A stretch of DNA of 63,997 nt, filler included, from an uncultured Methanosarcinales archaeon (GCA_964550945.1; 16 parts of 16 records of this genome joined end to end with filler, not necessarily neighbours in it), one strand, 5' to 3'; positions 20,401 through 31,326 are shown, numbered from the whole stretch's first letter. Program-made: numbers and translations. Notes: generated by a model not told the origin, from the sequence alone.

Positions 20401-20696
20401 TTGAATAGCTTGTCTGAACTTAATTTTTCCGGCCTGCAATCGCCGTTTGGCCTTATTGCAACTGGATAAAGCCTGCAAGTTGTAGGCCTTGATTTATAAA
20501 TCTTGCAGCTTGTTTTTTTGTTTTGATTTAGAAAGATGCATTGGTCGTTTTTCATTTTTAGAAAAAATAATCCATCGGGTGATTGCTCGACAAAGTCTTT
20601 ATGGCCGAGCCGGGTTATTTTTTTAATTTCTTTCGCGCTAACCCACGGAGATATTTTGCAGCATGCTCCGCAGCGGCTGCATTTGAAGTTTTTCAT
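20397..20696 (-). CDS. YkgJ-family CxxCxxCC cysteine-cluster protein
   Basis: CSRCGACC...CIFL...CKIYKSRPTTCRLYP. Confidence 0.9.
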   Translation of the reverse strand: MKNFKCSRCGACCKISPWVSAKEIKKITRLGHKDFVEQSPDGLFFLKMKNDQCIFLNQNKKTSCKIYKSRPTTCRLYPVAIRPNGDCRPEKLSSDKLFK

Positions 20697-20870
20697 TTAG
20701 GCTGATAGGAAAATTAGAAGATTATAAAGGTTTGGGTTTTAAAAAAAGAGAACTGTTATTTTCAGTTTTTTAATAAAAAATAGAATGTCATCAATAAAAA
20801 GATTAAAGTTAAGAGATAAAGAATGAATTTAAAATAATAATTATCTTCTGGAATTTTAAAATCAATGGTA

Positions 20871-20918
20871 TGTCAGAAATCGAGATTTCTGAGCACGCTC
20901 AAAAACTTTGTTTTTGAC
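20871..20918 (-). repeat. Family B double-hairpin element, minimal copy
   Basis: TGTCAGAAATCGAGATTTCTGAGCACGCTCAAAAACTTTGTTTTTGAC. Confidence 0.75.
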
Positions 20919-21190
20919 GAACCTAGCGGGAAACTTGCTTTTCTTAGATATCTGCGCAGTTTGAGAATGTTGTTCTAAAAAGTTATAAAAAGGATGAATT
21001 ATGTTTTGTTCTCAGAAAAAAGTTACCCTCTTTTTTTATTGATCGCTATATTTCTTGTTCTTTTGTTTATCAAATACTTCAGCCATTTTATTCAGACACG
21101 GGTTCATTCCCTTTTCTGACATTTCTCTTATTTCAGTCATTGACCAGTCTTTCCTATTTGTCGTATACAATGTATCGAGTCTGTTCATAT

Positions 21191-21718
21191 TTACTTGTCT
21201 CCTGCTAGATAACGTGCTGTATTAACATTTCTTATTGTCATGAACTTGTATGATTTATGGCCGATAATCTTGGTCAGATGGCTTTTGTTGATATTTTTTC
21301 TTTTGACATTCCAGATAATGGCTCCTTTAACATATTTGATATCAATAAATTCTTTTTTTGTAGGCAGAATATTAACTATTTCTTTAGAATCTATATCACT
21401 GAACAAATATGCGACATCGGTCTTCTGTTCAGAATCGTTCTGCCATGTCTTTGGAATGGCACCTGTTATCTTCTTTATTTCTTGCTCTGTTTTAATGAGC
21501 GCTGGAATGTCAAATCCAAATTCTTTTTTCAAACTTGCTTCGACTTTCTTCTGCAGATTTTTCTGGCTTTCGCTTGATTCGAAGAAAACGTTTCCTGAAT
21601 TAATATAGGTCGACACATTAATGCAACTTAAAGACTCAAAAAGAGTTTTGAGTTTTTTCATTTCAACCTTTTGATTGCCCCCAACATTAATTCCTCTGAG
21701 TAATGCAACATATCTCAT
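21191..21718 (-). CDS. DUF1697 family protein
   Basis: YVALLRGINVGG, TYINSGNV, TIRNVNT. Confidence 0.92.
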   Translation of the reverse strand: MRYVALLRGINVGGNQKVEMKKLKTLFESLSCINVSTYINSGNVFFESSESQKNLQKKVEASLKKEFGFDIPALIKTEQEIKKITGAIPKTWQNDSEQKTDVAYLFSDIDSKEIVNILPTKKEFIDIKYVKGAIIWNVKRKNINKSHLTKIIGHKSYKFMTIRNVNTARYLAGDK

Positions 21719-22077
21719 TTTGCTTTAACTTCTTTCATTCTAAATTTTACCATTTTCTTGATTATATCAAAAGGAATAGATTCGTCAATTGGAAATTGGA
21801 CTGAACCCTTTGCTTGTTTATAGGGGGCCAACTCTTTTTTGAAAGCAACAATTGCCGACGGAGTAGGATAAAAACCGATATGATTTTTGAATGCAGCGAA
21901 ATGCACTAAATTCATACCATTTAGTTTAAACGTAGGTATTCCATAATTCATTGTTCCTTCAGCTTCTGGTGTTAACTCTCTGATAATTTGTCTTAATTCT
22001 TCTAAGATAGTTTGAACATTTTTAGGAAATCTGACAATATATTCATTTATTGAGATAATTTGTTTGGATTGTTGCAT
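21715..22077 (-). CDS. DUF1801 (YdhG-like) protein
   Basis: YGIPTF, VHFAAFKNHIGFYP, KGSVQFP. Confidence 0.9.
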   Translation of the reverse strand: MQQSKQIISINEYIVRFPKNVQTILEELRQIIRELTPEAEGTMNYGIPTFKLNGMNLVHFAAFKNHIGFYPTPSAIVAFKKELAPYKQAKGSVQFPIDESIPFDIIKKMVKFRMKEVKAK

Positions 22078-22362
22078 AATATTATTTTATAGCTCAAACT
22101 TTTTAAATATGTTGTTTTCATAATTAAAAAAATAAAAAAAGGCGAGACTGTTACCTCGCGTGTTTTGTTTCCAACGCCCTAAGTTTTTGCCTTAGGAAGC
22201 GTAGCCAAGTGTAGCTACAGCGCACTTTCTAATCCACGATATCTGCCGTCGCTAAATGACTGATTCACTCCTTAGTGGCCTTGTAGCGCTTTTTTGAAAA
22301 TCCGACATAACTACTGATTAGTAGCGAAACATTTATAATCTGCATGATGTTTCTATGATTCA

Positions 22363-22893
22363 ATGACTCAAACACTTGAAAGTTTGCTTGAAACAGATGC
22401 TCCAACTGATGCAGTATTAAGTGTATTTAGCGAATACTCAAAATCTGCTGCTGTCAATCCTGCAATCTCAAAACAAGTTATTGAAAAATATGCAGCGAAA
22501 TTCTCAGCTAAAGAAGCTCATACAGCATATACACACTATGAATCTGGTATGTCAAACCAGTTAGCAAATGGGTTTCCTGGTTTAGCTATTGATTATTTTA
22601 TAGGCATGAATCAATTAGCTGCAGTAATTGCGGGAAAAGATCCAGAGTTTGATACAAGGATTCTAGATCAAGATGCTATTACCTTAAAAATTAAAAAGTT
22701 GCTGGTTGAAGCACATTCAAAGAAATCTGTAAGCCACATAAATTGTGCGATATATATGCTACAAGCGTATGCTAAAACCTCAGAAGATATTCCTGAAGAT
22801 GAAAGAAGAGGGTATAAGGCTGGTGCTGAGTGTTTTAAACCAATGGCTGAGTTGAAATCAGTATCTTTAATGGAATTTAACTATCAAGGTTAA
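22363..22893 (+). CDS. Hypothetical protein
   Basis: 176 aa ORF after a TATA-like TTTATAA; no recognisable motif. Confidence 0.6.
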   Translation: MTQTLESLLETDAPTDAVLSVFSEYSKSAAVNPAISKQVIEKYAAKFSAKEAHTAYTHYESGMSNQLANGFPGLAIDYFIGMNQLAAVIAGKDPEFDTRILDQDAITLKIKKLLVEAHSKKSVSHINCAIYMLQAYAKTSEDIPEDERRGYKAGAECFKPMAELKSVSLMEFNYQG

Positions 22894-22924
22894 ATTGCGT
22901 TCGTTTCCATTTCTTCTTTTAGTT

Positions 22925-23150
22925 GACTAAAGAACCGCCAGTCATAGACTGGCGGGATTCCGCTGCATAGCAACTAAATGTTCTATGCTGTTGGCTGGCG
23001 GTTCTTAGTCCTCAGAAATTTTCCAAATGTCAAGAACTGCGGACTGAAGTCCACAGCGTGCAGTTCTTGAGCATGATCAGAAATCGCTTGCTTGCTCTGG
23101 GTTAAAACCCCTTGAGCGTGCGCATTAGCGATTTCTGACATGTCAAAAAG
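22925..23150 (+). repeat. Cluster of family B elements (degenerate 22925-23027, complete 23028-23140, start of another at 23141)
   Basis: AAGAACCGCC...GGCGGTTCTTAGTCCTCAGAAATTTTCCAAA, then TGTCAAGAAC...GTTCTTGAGCATGATCAGAAAT...ATTTCTGACA, then TGTCAAAAAG. Confidence 0.75.
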
Positions 23151-23521
23151 AAGATNNNNNNNNNNNNNNNNNNNNNNNNNNNNNNNNNNNNNNNNNNNNT
23201 TAATTAATTAANNNNNNNNNNNNNNNNNNNNNNNNNNNNNNNNNNNNNNNNNNNNCCATCCTCTTCTAAAGAGCTGTTTGTTTCGTTTTGGTTTATACCA
23301 AAAACAGCAATGAAAAATATAGAACTTAGTAACAGTAGCAAAATAATGGTCTTTAACTGGGCTCTTTTTTTATACATTAATTTACCCTCTTTTTAACAAA
23401 TTGGAAACCGCAACTTATATTTAAACCTTTTTATTTTTCTCGACGATAAATTGATAAGTTTACACCTAACCAAATTGTTTTTTCAGCTCTTTTTTAGTTT
23501 ATTTTTCAATACAATAAAATG

Positions 23522-23575
23522 AGGGTTATGGGTAAGAAGACGTGAAAAAAGGGAGTGTCCTTACCCTATAACCCT
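23522..23575. other. Intergenic hairpin (terminator or small structured element)
   Basis: AGGGTTATGGGTAAG ... CTTACCCTATAACCCT. Confidence 0.5.
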
Positions 23576-23914
23576 TAAAGCCAGTTTAATCTAGTATGAC
23601 TTTGAGTTTAGATTAATTTTATCAAAAACCTTCTTGCATCTTTATCTTTAATTTGTCAATTTCAACAAACTCATCTGGAAGAGCAGGTGTATGGGTTTCA
23701 TTAGAATCGCTAACAGTCTGGTTTAAAACGACAGCACCAACAAGTATAGAACCTAGTAGAACTGCAACAAGAGCAAACAAACTAAACTGACCTTTATCGT
23801 TAAATATAATCAAAACCCCCTCTTTTAAAGATAAGAAAGAATAACTTCTATTTAAATCCTTTGTTACTACCGTCGAGAAAACTGGAAAACTATCCGATTA
23901 TATTTTATATAAAA

Positions 23915-24973
23915 TTAACCTTTTACTAATATAATATTTTCGCTTTTAACAACAACCTTGCCTTTTTTGCCTTTGATATTGTTGAGCTCTTCAGAAGAGT
24001 AATTTGTGATGCCTTTTGCAATATCGTCTATCTCTATTATATCGCTTTTTTTAAAATTTCCATCTACACCAATGACGCCTACAGCCAACAAACTCGATCT
24101 TCCTTTTAATAAAACCTCTTTGGCAGTTTCATTTACAGCTACCTTTCCTTTAGCTTTTGAATGAAGAATCCATCTTTCTTTATTGGACAGCTTCTTCTTT
24201 GAAAGGAATAATGTGCCTAACTGCTCTCCATCAACTATCCTGCTGATCACATCTTTTTCATGCCCATTGCAGATAACCATATTGCAGCCGCTTTCCATTG
24301 TAACCTTTGCTGCATTAAGCTTTGTTTTCATGCCTCCAACCGCAAAAACACTTCCTTTTTTTCCAGCCATTTTTTGGATGTCAGAGGTTAACTCTCTTAC
24401 AACTGCAATCTTCTTCGCATCCTTATGGCTTTTTGGGTCTTTGTCGTATAATGCATCTATATCGCTTAGCATGATTAGGAGGCCGGCATCTGTCTTGCTT
24501 GCAACTAAAGCTGATAATTTATCATTATCCCCAAAATTAGCATCTATCTCTTCAGTTGCAATAGCATCATTTTCATTAATGACTGGGATCACTCCAAGCT
24601 TAAGCAATTCCTCTATGGAGTTTTTTAGATTAAGATATTTTTTCCTGTCAGAGAACTCATCATAAGTCAATAGAATCTGTGCGACTAGCTGGTTATACTT
24701 TCTAAATGCATTGTGGTATGCCTGCATAACCCTATTCTGGCCGATTGCTGCGCATGCCTGCCTTAATTTTATATCCCTTGCTTTTGTTTTGATGCCTAAC
24801 TCATGGCAGCCAGAGCCAATTGCTCCGCTTGTCACAATAATAATTTCGTTGCCTTTTTTTCTTAAATCAATAATCTCTTTTGCAAGGCCTTCAATATAGC
24901 CTGAGTCTATAGTTCCATCTATCTTGGTCAAGGTATTTGTCCCAATCTTTATTACAATCCTTTCTGGTTTCAT
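23915..24973 (-). CDS. proB: Glutamate 5-kinase with PUA domain
   Basis: VIKIGTN, VTSGAI, AAIGQ, INENDA, FGDNDKLSA, GGMKTKL. Confidence 0.95.
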   Translation of the reverse strand: MKPERIVIKIGTNTLTKIDGTIDSGYIEGLAKEIIDLRKKGNEIIIVTSGAIGSGCHELGIKTKARDIKLRQACAAIGQNRVMQAYHNAFRKYNQLVAQILLTYDEFSDRKKYLNLKNSIEELLKLGVIPVINENDAIATEEIDANFGDNDKLSALVASKTDAGLLIMLSDIDALYDKDPKSHKDAKKIAVVRELTSDIQKMAGKKGSVFAVGGMKTKLNAAKVTMESGCNMVICNGHEKDVISRIVDGEQLGTLFLSKKKLSNKERWILHSKAKGKVAVNETAKEVLLKGRSSLLAVGVIGVDGNFKKSDIIEIDDIAKGITNYSSEELNNIKGKKGKVVVKSENIILVKG

Positions 24974-25554
24974 AGCCCCATAACACCGGTTATTCCTTTG
25001 ATTATAAACTGAACTGCAATAGCTGCCAGGATCAGCCCCATAATTCTAGTAATAATGTTTGAGCCTGATTTGCCTAGTATCTTGTAAAGATAATTTGAAT
25101 ACCTTAAAATCAGCCACGTGCAAAAAAGGGCTATAATTGCTGCTATCAATGTAATCAAAATGCCATGCTCGCCTACAAGTATTATTGTAGTGGTTATTGT
25201 TCCAGGGCCGGTTATTAATGGGGTTCCTAATGGAACTGAGGCAACATCAGCGCCTTTATGATGCCCTTTCACCACTTGTATGCCAAGAACATAAAAAATG
25301 GAAAATATAAGCAAAATTATGCCTCCTGCGATTAGGAAACTCTCGGTAGTTATCCTAAAAAATTCAAATATCTTAATGCCTAAAAATAAAAATATAAATA
25401 GCACTACTGAAGCTACAATTATAGCCCTATGAATGTTATGGGATATTTCCTTTGCTTTCATTCCTTTTGTTAGCGAGATAAAGATAGGTATATTGCCTAT
25501 TGGATCCAGTATAACAAACAATATTACAAATGATTTTATGATTTCCTCTATCAT
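24970..25554 (-). CDS. MarC family membrane protein
   Basis: LDPIGNIPIF, VPLGTPLITGPG, TRIMGLIL. Confidence 0.93.
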   Translation of the reverse strand: MIEEIIKSFVILFVILDPIGNIPIFISLTKGMKAKEISHNIHRAIIVASVVLFIFLFLGIKIFEFFRITTESFLIAGGIILLIFSIFYVLGIQVVKGHHKGADVASVPLGTPLITGPGTITTTIILVGEHGILITLIAAIIALFCTWLILRYSNYLYKILGKSGSNIITRIMGLILAAIAVQFIIKGITGVMGL

Positions 25555-25555
25555 T

Positions 25556-26878
25556 TTAGCCTCCTTTTGTCAGAATCTTATGCGTAAATCTTTTTGCGTT
25601 CTTGCCGCTATAATCAGCAACAATATGGCCATTTCCAATCAATCTGTACTTGTAGATTGTAAGGCCTTCCAGGCCAACAGGGCCTCTGCTATGAATTTTA
25701 TTTGTGCTAATTCCAACTTCAGCCCCTAAACCATACCGGTATCCATCGCTGAATCTTGTAGAAGCATTCCACATGACTGAGCTTGAATCAACCAAATCCA
25801 TAAACTTGAAAGCAGCAGCTTTGTTTTCTGTAATAATAGCATCAGTATGCTTGCTGCCGTACTTATTTATATGGGCAATTGCCTCGTCAATATCATTGAC
25901 AATCTTTATTGACAAAATTAAATCTGTATATTCGGTTTTCCAGTCTTTTTCAGCTGCTTTTTTTATTAATTTACTATTTTTGATTACTTTCTTTACGTAT
26001 TGATAAGATTTGTCATCCAGCCTTAACTCTATATTATTCTCCAGATATTTTTTAACCAGCTTTAACAAAAGCTTGTTTACAATTTTCTTGTTCACCAGCA
26101 AGGTTTCCATTGCGTTGCATACAGCAGGATACTGGCATTTGGCATCAAAACAAACATCCAATGCTTTTTTTATATTGGCATCCTTATCAACATAAACATG
26201 GCATATTCCTTCACTATGCCCTAAAACCGCTATTTTAGTATTTTCCTGAACATATTTCACAAACTTGTTTGAGCCTCTTGGGATAACTAAATCAATAAAT
26301 TCATCCATCTCAAGCATCTTTTTGACTTCTTCCCGTGTTTCCATTAGCTGAACTGTATCTATCGGAATGAATCTTTTTATTGCATCCCTGATTATTGCTG
26401 CTAAAGCTTTATTTGTGTTTGCTGCTTCAGAGCCTCCTTTCAAAATAACAGCATTCCCTGATTTGATTGCTAAGCTGGATATTTGGACAACAACATCTGG
26501 CCTTGACTCAAATATTGCGCCAATAACTCCAATAGGAGTGCTCACTTTGTATAGCACAAGCCCCTTGTCCAGTTCAGTAATTTTAAGTATTTTGCCGACA
26601 GGATTTTCTAAGTTTATTACGGATATAACTCCTGCAATCATGTCTTTTATTTTTTGCTCATCCACCAATAATCGCTTGTACAAAGCATTAGATAATTTTC
26701 CTTCTGCAAGCCTAGCATCCTTCTTATCTGCTTCCAGGATTCTTTTTTTGTTCTTTTCAAGCGCTTTTACGATGGATTTTAAAGCATTGTTCTTTGTTTT
26801 TGTTGTGGCTGAAGCTAGTTTCAATGAAGCTTCTTTTGCCTTTTCGCATTCTTCTAAAACTTTATGGTTTAAGTTCAT
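25556..26878 (-). CDS. proA: Gamma-glutamyl phosphate reductase
   Basis: IFESRP, KSGNAVILKGGSEA, IPRGS, CNAMETLL, NASTRFSDG, RGPVGLEGL. Confidence 0.96.
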   Translation of the reverse strand: MNLNHKVLEECEKAKEASLKLASATTKTKNNALKSIVKALEKNKKRILEADKKDARLAEGKLSNALYKRLLVDEQKIKDMIAGVISVINLENPVGKILKITELDKGLVLYKVSTPIGVIGAIFESRPDVVVQISSLAIKSGNAVILKGGSEAANTNKALAAIIRDAIKRFIPIDTVQLMETREEVKKMLEMDEFIDLVIPRGSNKFVKYVQENTKIAVLGHSEGICHVYVDKDANIKKALDVCFDAKCQYPAVCNAMETLLVNKKIVNKLLLKLVKKYLENNIELRLDDKSYQYVKKVIKNSKLIKKAAEKDWKTEYTDLILSIKIVNDIDEAIAHINKYGSKHTDAIITENKAAAFKFMDLVDSSSVMWNASTRFSDGYRYGLGAEVGISTNKIHSRGPVGLEGLTIYKYRLIGNGHIVADYSGKNAKRFTHKILTKGG

Positions 26879-26949
26879 TTTTTAGTTATTTTATTTTTAG
26901 TGATTGGTTATTAGTTCGAATAATGGTTGTAAGATGGACAAATTCCCCC

Positions 26950-27476
26950 TTAACACCAGCTATAAGTGTTATCCTTTCTGCAGGTTTCAGCCTTAATCGT
27001 TTCAACTTCTGCCTTCAAATCCTGTATGAACAAAACATTAGCAGCAGCAACATCATCATAATCAACTGAAGGATATGCCTTTTCATCTATTATTGCCTGT
27101 TTGGTTGAATTAACCTCAATGTAATTGCCTTCTCCATCCATTATTATGCTTGTCTCATTAACTTCGCCATATATAGGAACCTTGATATCATAGACAACCT
27201 TAGGCAATAATGGCTGCACATCTTCTGCAATTAATCCAATCCTTTCTTTGCTGTCACCCTTAAAGTTATAGATAACAGGGTTTAGCTTTAAATAATTTTC
27301 CCAAAGGGCAGCATTAATTGTAATATTTTGGATATTTTCCTTAAAAGCCTTTGAAGATGAGCAGCTTGACAATACTCCTCCATTTATGCATAAGTCAGTT
27401 GCAGATGCTGCTGCTAAGCTGGTTACATTTATCTGGCCAACAACTGTAAGAGCTTGTGCTGGCGAGGTTGTGCCTA
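26950..27476 (-). CDS. C-terminal fragment with a Peptidase_S74-like intramolecular chaperone domain
   Basis: GTTSP repeat-like segment, S-x3-KENI, IGLIAEDV, VDY plus coiled coil; frame open to the linker. Confidence 0.8.
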
Positions 27477-27606
27477 NNNNNNNNNNNNNNNNNNNNNNNN
27501 NNNNNNNNNNNNNNNNNNNNTTAATTAATTAANNNNNNNNNNNNNNNNNNNNNNNNNNNNNNNNNNNNNNNNNNNNAAAAACCCCATTTCAGTCACTTTT
27601 CCTATT

Positions 27607-28788
27607 ATGAACCTAAAAGAGGAAGCGCTGAATCTGCACAGAGCCAATCACGGCAAGCTGGCAACCAAATCCAAAGTAAAAGTTGCAACAAAAGAAGACC
27701 TGAGCTTGGTATACACTCCCGGAGTTGCAGAGGTTTGCAGGGAAATAGCCTCAAACCCAAAAAGCGTTTATGACTACACAATGAAGTCTAATTCTGTTGT
27801 TGTTGTAACAGACGGCTCGGCAGTTCTTGGTTTGGGCAATATTGGAGCAGAGGCTTCATTGCCTGTGATGGAAGGAAAGTGCATCATATTCAAGGAATTG
27901 GCTGATATAGACGCTTTCCCAATTTGCATCAAGACACAGGATGAGAACGAAATAATAAGCATAGTGAAGAACATAGCGCCTGCCTTTGGCGGCATTAATC
28001 TTGAAGACATATCTGCGCCAAGATGCTTCACAATAGAAGAGCAACTGCTCAACATAGGCATTCCTGTGATGCATGATGACCAGCACGGCTCTGCCATTGT
28101 TGTTCTGGCAGCCTTGATAAATGCCTCAAGGGTTGCCAGAAAAGAAATAGAAGACTTGAAGGTTGTGATTAACGGCGCAGGAGCAGCAGGCATGGCAACT
28201 GCAAAATTGCTTACGTGCCTTGGCATTGACAAAAAGATATGCACATCTGTCAGAGAGCTTGTTCTTTGCGACAGCAAGGGCATCATCTATGACGGAAGGC
28301 CAGACTTGAATGAATTCAAGAAACAGATGGCAAAAATGACAAACAAGTCAAAAAGGCAAGGCAATGTCCAGCATGCTCTGGAAGGCGCTGATGCTTTCAT
28401 AGGGCTTTCAAGAGGCAATTTGCTCACCGCACATGATTTAAAAGCCATGAATGCAAATTCAATTGTTTTTGCAATGGCAAACCCTACTCCTGAGATATCT
28501 TATGACGAGGCAAAAAAGGTTGCAGCGGTTGCAGGCACAGGCAGGAGCGACTTTCCCAACCAAATAAACAATTCTTTGGCGTTTCCGGGATTGTTCAGGG
28601 GCACTCTTGACGCAAAAGCCACAAAGATAAACAACGAAATGAAAGTGGCTGCAGCTCATGCAATAGCAGGCTGCGTAAAGCCTACAAAAGACAACGTTCT
28701 TCCTTACACGCTTGACAGGCAGGTCGTTCCCAGAGTTGCTGAGGCTGTGAGAAAGGCTGCGATTGAGGCTGGGATTGTAAGGAGATAA
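27607..28788 (+). CDS. NAD(P)-dependent malic enzyme
   Basis: YTPGVAE, DGSAVLGLG, MEGK, INLEDI, HDDQHG, GAGAAG, NQINN. Confidence 0.95.
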   Translation: MNLKEEALNLHRANHGKLATKSKVKVATKEDLSLVYTPGVAEVCREIASNPKSVYDYTMKSNSVVVVTDGSAVLGLGNIGAEASLPVMEGKCIIFKELADIDAFPICIKTQDENEIISIVKNIAPAFGGINLEDISAPRCFTIEEQLLNIGIPVMHDDQHGSAIVVLAALINASRVARKEIEDLKVVINGAGAAGMATAKLLTCLGIDKKICTSVRELVLCDSKGIIYDGRPDLNEFKKQMAKMTNKSKRQGNVQHALEGADAFIGLSRGNLLTAHDLKAMNANSIVFAMANPTPEISYDEAKKVAAVAGTGRSDFPNQINNSLAFPGLFRGTLDAKATKINNEMKVAAAHAIAGCVKPTKDNVLPYTLDRQVVPRVAEAVRKAAIEAGIVRR

Positions 28789-28792
28789 TCAC

Positions 28793-30217
28793 TCATCTAT
28801 CATATTTCCATTTATTGGATTTTTTTACTTCTTCTATCTGCTTGGGAGTTAAATCTGGTGTGATTGGCATAACCCATTGGGTAGTATTGCCTTCAATATT
28901 ACAAATTTCCTTATAATAATGATTTGTTAATTCTCTTAATCTCCCATCAGGATGCGTTAAAGGTGATGCCAGCGATGTAAAATCAAGTCCTTGAAAAGAT
29001 TCAGGATTTTTTAGCAATAATTCTATTGCTTTTACATTCCCGGGATAAATCCATCCCTTATTTCCAGGAATGAAATTTTTTGCTACATGAGGGCGCGGCA
29101 CAGCTTCGTAAGTATCCACCATAGCTTGTGTGAATTCACAAGCAAGTTTCAAAGTTTTTTCGGTATCAACTCCAACATGCCCGAACACCATTAATATTTC
29201 TGGGATAATCCCAAAATCTCTTCTGGCAGATTGAATAGCCTCTAAACATCTCTTTTCATCATTAATCTCTTTATGCACGCCTTTCCAGACTTGGGGGGTC
29301 ATACCATCAACACCAAATCCCGCAGTATGAAATCCAGCTTCTACTAGATTTCCTATATAGTTAGCATGCTTATCTCTTGCATTTAAATAAAGAGCCGGAG
29401 TTGATAACCCACGCAATCTTATTTCAAAACCAGGATTACTTTGCTTTACGTCTTTAACTGCATATGCAAATTCATTTAATTTATGCGGTTTTTGAAATGT
29501 ATCAAGGTTAGACATGTATATATTTAATTCTTTTATCCCGAAACTTTTAGCTTTCTTGACGAGATATTCCAAATCGTCCTTTATTATTTTAGGATTTCTG
29601 TAAACCTCTTCTGCCTGTATAATTGGTTTGCCAGTTGTGTCAAGAATAGTCCTATTAGCGCCGCAAAAATCGCAATGGAACATGCACCCTTGTGAAACAT
29701 ACAGCCCAAACTCTTTGGATAGGTACATCTTCATCATCTCGTCAGGTATTTTTTCATAGGCTGGAATTAATGATGTTCTTTCAGGAGGAGATAACATACC
29801 TGCTTCTATCCCTAAAACAGATGCAAGCGTTTTATCATCATTTCCATTGTAAGCAGAATCTCCAAATAATCTCTTGAATTGCTTTTGAGACAAGCCATTG
29901 GGAGAACTGGAAACTACCTGGCCTCCAAGCAGATAAATGGCTTTTTCTTGTACACGTTCGTCTATTTCTTTCTGTAATTTTATAACTTCTGGAATATAGG
30001 GCGCGCCAAGAAGATTAATTCCAACATAACTGGATGATAATTGCATTGGCTTTATGTTTTCATCATGCAGTTCTACATCAACACCTGCAGCAATCAATCT
30101 TGCAGCTGCTGTAAGCAAAGATGTCGGCATATACACATGCCCAAGTGCGCTCTCGCTAACGGCTGGAGCATAATTATGCCTTGGCTGAATTAAATCTACT
30201 TTTACCATTAACACCAC
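28793..30217 (-). CDS. Radical SAM protein with a B12-binding-like N-terminus
   Basis: SQGCMFHCDFC (CxxxCxxC); DEN and LLGGQ in the N-terminal region. Confidence 0.8.
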   Translation of the reverse strand: MVLMVKVDLIQPRHNYAPAVSESALGHVYMPTSLLTAAARLIAAGVDVELHDENIKPMQLSSSYVGINLLGAPYIPEVIKLQKEIDERVQEKAIYLLGGQVVSSSPNGLSQKQFKRLFGDSAYNGNDDKTLASVLGIEAGMLSPPERTSLIPAYEKIPDEMMKMYLSKEFGLYVSQGCMFHCDFCGANRTILDTTGKPIIQAEEVYRNPKIIKDDLEYLVKKAKSFGIKELNIYMSNLDTFQKPHKLNEFAYAVKDVKQSNPGFEIRLRGLSTPALYLNARDKHANYIGNLVEAGFHTAGFGVDGMTPQVWKGVHKEINDEKRCLEAIQSARRDFGIIPEILMVFGHVGVDTEKTLKLACEFTQAMVDTYEAVPRPHVAKNFIPGNKGWIYPGNVKAIELLLKNPESFQGLDFTSLASPLTHPDGRLRELTNHYYKEICNIEGNTTQWVMPITPDLTPKQIEEVKKSNKWKYDR

Positions 30218-30330
30218 CCAATATCTAAAATTTAATCACTAACTAATGGTAATTTTAGGCAAAGATACTAATTAAACTTCCTCTCAATTTTTAACCGCTT
30301 TATAGAAAAGCTTAAATAGAATTACATAAA

Positions 30331-31326
30331 ATGGCTATTATAATGGAAAAAATAAAGCTAGACTTGACAGATAGGAAAATATTGGCAGAGCTGGACAAAA
30401 ACTGCAGAATTCATAATTCAACATTGGCAAAGAAGGTAAACAAGTCAAGAGAAGCAGTAAAATACAGAATCCAGCAGCTTCAGAAAAATGGCATAATACA
30501 AGGATTTATCACATCAATCAATCCAAACAAGCTTGGCTATTATATGTTCAAAGTTTATCTAAAGCTTGAAAATATACCCAATGAAAGAGAAACGTTCTTT
30601 GAAGAACTGAAGCAAAACAAAGATATCTATTGGTTTGGCATTTCTGATGGCGTATTTGACGTTGTTTTTGCCATACTTTCAAGAAGCATAACGGGATATT
30701 TTGAAAAAATAAACACACTGCTTTCTAAATGGGAGCATTTAATAGTCAGCAAAGTGCTAGGCACAATGGTAGACACGAGGCAATATAACAAAAAATTCTT
30801 CACAAACGACGCAAATGGGCAATTTGTAATTTTTGGAGGGGATGTTGTGGATAATAAAATTGACGAGTTAGACTCAAAAATATTGCTTATACTGGCTAAT
30901 GAATCCAGGATCCCATTGATGGAATTGGCAAGAAGGATTAAGTCTACCATAGAGATAGTGCGGGGGAGGATAAGAAAGCTGGAGGAGAAAGGCATAATAT
31001 TGAATTACAGAATTGCCGTTGATTTCAATAAATTGGGGTTGGAGTTCTTTAAGGCAATAATATATTTCAGAAAATTATCGGAAAAAGATGAAAAATCCTT
31101 ATTTGAATGGATGAGAATACATCCAAACTCGCTTTATTACATCAGAAGCCTGGCTCCTTGGGAGGTTGAGTTTGAGTTCGCCGTTGAAAGCTATCAGCAT
31201 TTTAATAAAATCATCAATGATTTAAGAAAAAAATTTCCGCATGTAATAAGAAATTATGAGCATTTAATAATGATACATGAAGAATGGATGCCTGCATATC
31301 AGGAACTGCTGCAAAATAAATCATAA
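30331..31326 (+). CDS. Tandem Lrp/AsnC-family transcriptional regulator
   Basis: Two AsnC HTH units (LDLTDRKILAEL; IDELDSKILLIL). Confidence 0.9.
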   Translation: MAIIMEKIKLDLTDRKILAELDKNCRIHNSTLAKKVNKSREAVKYRIQQLQKNGIIQGFITSINPNKLGYYMFKVYLKLENIPNERETFFEELKQNKDIYWFGISDGVFDVVFAILSRSITGYFEKINTLLSKWEHLIVSKVLGTMVDTRQYNKKFFTNDANGQFVIFGGDVVDNKIDELDSKILLILANESRIPLMELARRIKSTIEIVRGRIRKLEEKGIILNYRIAVDFNKLGLEFFKAIIYFRKLSEKDEKSLFEWMRIHPNSLYYIRSLAPWEVEFEFAVESYQHFNKIINDLRKKFPHVIRNYEHLIMIHEEWMPAYQELLQNKS

